A stretch of DNA of 49,821 bases, taken from Nemertoderma westbladi. Lineage: Eukaryota > Animalia > Xenacoelomorpha. The first letter of the stretch is position 1. Each line of letters starts with the position of its first letter. The translations under genes and the position numbers were made by a program. The notes beneath the pieces were generated by a model. That model searched no databases, was not told where the DNA came from, and was given only the letters and a program-made list of their open reading frames with translations. Where the stretch lies: positions 1-49,821 of the forward strand of contig JAUCBJ010003596.1 of the NCBI GenBank assembly GCA_032718475.1, given 5' to 3'. Of this stretch, positions 47,401 through 49,821 are shown piece by piece.

Positions 47401-49821
47401 TAGATACTGTTAGTATCTATTATACTATAGATACTGTTAGTATCTATTATACTATAGATACTGTTAGTATCTATTATACTATAGATACTGTTAGTATCTA
47501 TTATACTATAGATACTGTTAGTATCTATTATACTATAGATACTGTTAGTATCTATTATACTATAGATACTGTTAGTATCTATTATACTATAGATACTGTT
47601 AGTATCTATTATACTATAGATACTGTTAGTATCTATTATACTATAGATACTGTTAGTATCTATTATACTATAGATACTGTTAGTATCTATTATACTATAG
47701 ATACTGTTAGTATCTATTATACTATAGATACTGTTAGTATCTATTATACTATAGATACTGTTAGTATCTATTATACTATAGATACTGTTAGTATCTATTA
47801 TACTATAGATACTGTTAGTATCTATTATACTATAGATACTGTTAGTATCTATTATACTATAGATACTGTTAGTATCTATTATACTATAGATACTGTTAGT
47901 ATCTATTATACTATAGATACTGTTAGTATCTATTATACTATAGATACTGTTAGTATCTATTATACTATAGATACTGTTAGTATCTATTATACTATAGATA
48001 CTGTTAGTATCTATTATACTATAGATACTGTTAGTATCTATTATACTATAGATACTGTTAGTATCTATTATACTATAGATACTGTTAGTATCTATTATAC
48101 TATAGATACTGTTAGTATCTATTATACTATAGATACTGTTAGTATCTATTATACTATAGATACTGTTAGTATCTATTATACTATAGATACTGTTAGTATC
48201 TATTATACTATAGATACTGTTAGTATCTATTATACTATAGATACTGTTAGTATCTATTATACTATAGATACTGTTAGTATCTATTATACTATAGATACTG
48301 TTAGTATCTATTATACTATAGATACTGTTAGTATCTATTATACTATAGATACTGTTAGTATCTATTATACTATAGATACTGTTAGTATCTATTATACTAT
48401 AGATACTGTTAGTATCTATTATACTATAGATACTGTTAGTATCTATTATACTATAGATACTGTTAGTATCTATTATACTATAGATACTGTTAGTATCTAT
48501 TATACTATAGATACTGTTAGTATCTATTATACTATAGATACTGTTAGTATCTATTATACTATAGATACTGTTAGTATCTATTATACTATAGATACTGTTA
48601 GTATCTATTATACTATAGATACTGTTAGTATCTATTATACTATAGATACTGTTAGTATCTATTATACTATAGATACTGTTAGTATCTATTATACTATAGA
48701 TACTGTTAGTATCTATTATACTATAGATACTGTTAGTATCTATTATACTATAGATACTGTTAGTATCTATTATACTATAGATACTGTTAGTATCTATTAT
48801 ACTATAGATACTGTTAGTATCTATTATACTATAGATACTGTTAGTATCTATTATACTATAGATACTGTTAGTATCTATTATACTATAGATACTGTTAGTA
48901 TCTATTATACTATAGATACTGTTAGTATCTATTATACTATAGATACTGTTAGTATCTATTATACTATAGATACTGTTAGTATCTATTATACTATAGATAC
49001 TGTTAGTATCTATTATACTATAGATACTGTTAGTATCTATTATACTATAGATACTGTTAGTATCTATTATACTATAGATACTGTTAGTATCTATTATACT
49101 ATAGATACTGTTAGTATCTATTATACTATAGATACTGTTAGTATCTATTATACTATAGATACTGTTAGTATCTATTATACTATAGATACTGTTAGTATCT
49201 ATTATACTATAGATACTGTTAGTATCTATTATACTATAGATACTGTTAGTATCTATTATACTATAGATACTGTTAGTATCTATTATACTATAGATACTGT
49301 TAGTATCTATTATACTATAGATACTGTTAGTATCTATTATACTATAGATACTGTTAGTATCTATTATACTATAGATACTGTTAGTATCTATTATACTATA
49401 GATACTGTTAGTATCTATTATACTATAGATACTGTTAGTATCTATTATACTATAGATACTGTTAGTATCTATTATACTATAGATACTGTTAGTATCTATT
49501 ATACTATAGATACTGTTAGTATCTATTATACTATAGATACTGTTAGTATCTATTATACTATAGATACTGTTAGTATCTATTATACTATAGATACTGTTAG
49601 TATCTATTATACTATAGATACTGTTAGTATCTATTATACTATAGATACTGTTAGTATCTATTATACTATAGATACTGTTAGTATCTATTATACTATAGAT
49701 ACTGTTAGTATCTATTATACTATAGATACTGTTAGTATCTATTATACTATAGATACTGTTAGTATCTATTATACTATAGATACTGTTAGTATCTATTATA
49801 CTATAGATACTGTTAGTATCT
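44491..49821. repeat. Highly homogeneous 27-bp satellite TTAGTATCTATTATACTATAGATACTG, ~197 copies, running off the window
   Basis: Period 27; the only variant noticed is a 3-bp GAT duplication near 45675. Confidence 0.98.

Overview
AT-rich, repeat-dense animal genomic DNA with four host genes. Three are intronless: MPND (RAMA + MPN/JAMM, + strand), a secreted protein with three chitin-binding domains (- strand) and a choline kinase (+ strand). The fourth is a two-exon CD164/porimin-family membrane gene (- strand) whose intron is mostly a 44-bp satellite that also supplies the splice acceptor. The centre is a three-level transposon nest. A 5'-truncated LINE (- strand, (CCGT)n tail) is split by a 13.9-kb BEL/Pao LTR element (18207-32125; 1237-bp LTRs that look identical; GAATC TSD), whose gag is in turn split by a 2.0-kb TIR element (TATT TSD). 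The BEL/Pao element keeps a reconstructable 1399-aa Gag-protease frame, but RT, most of RNase H and integrase are deleted in frame. It carries an extra zinc-knuckle ORF behind a long RNA hairpin. It has no tRNA-type PBS; instead the PBS position is complementary to the element's own LTR, a candidate for self-priming. Also present: a 7-kb 36/46-bp satellite, a hAT-type MITE, RTE and other LINE fragments, a dead DDE transposase, and a >5.3-kb near-perfect 27-bp palindromic satellite next to a Helitron-like terminus. All comparisons were made by eye; no database searches were run.
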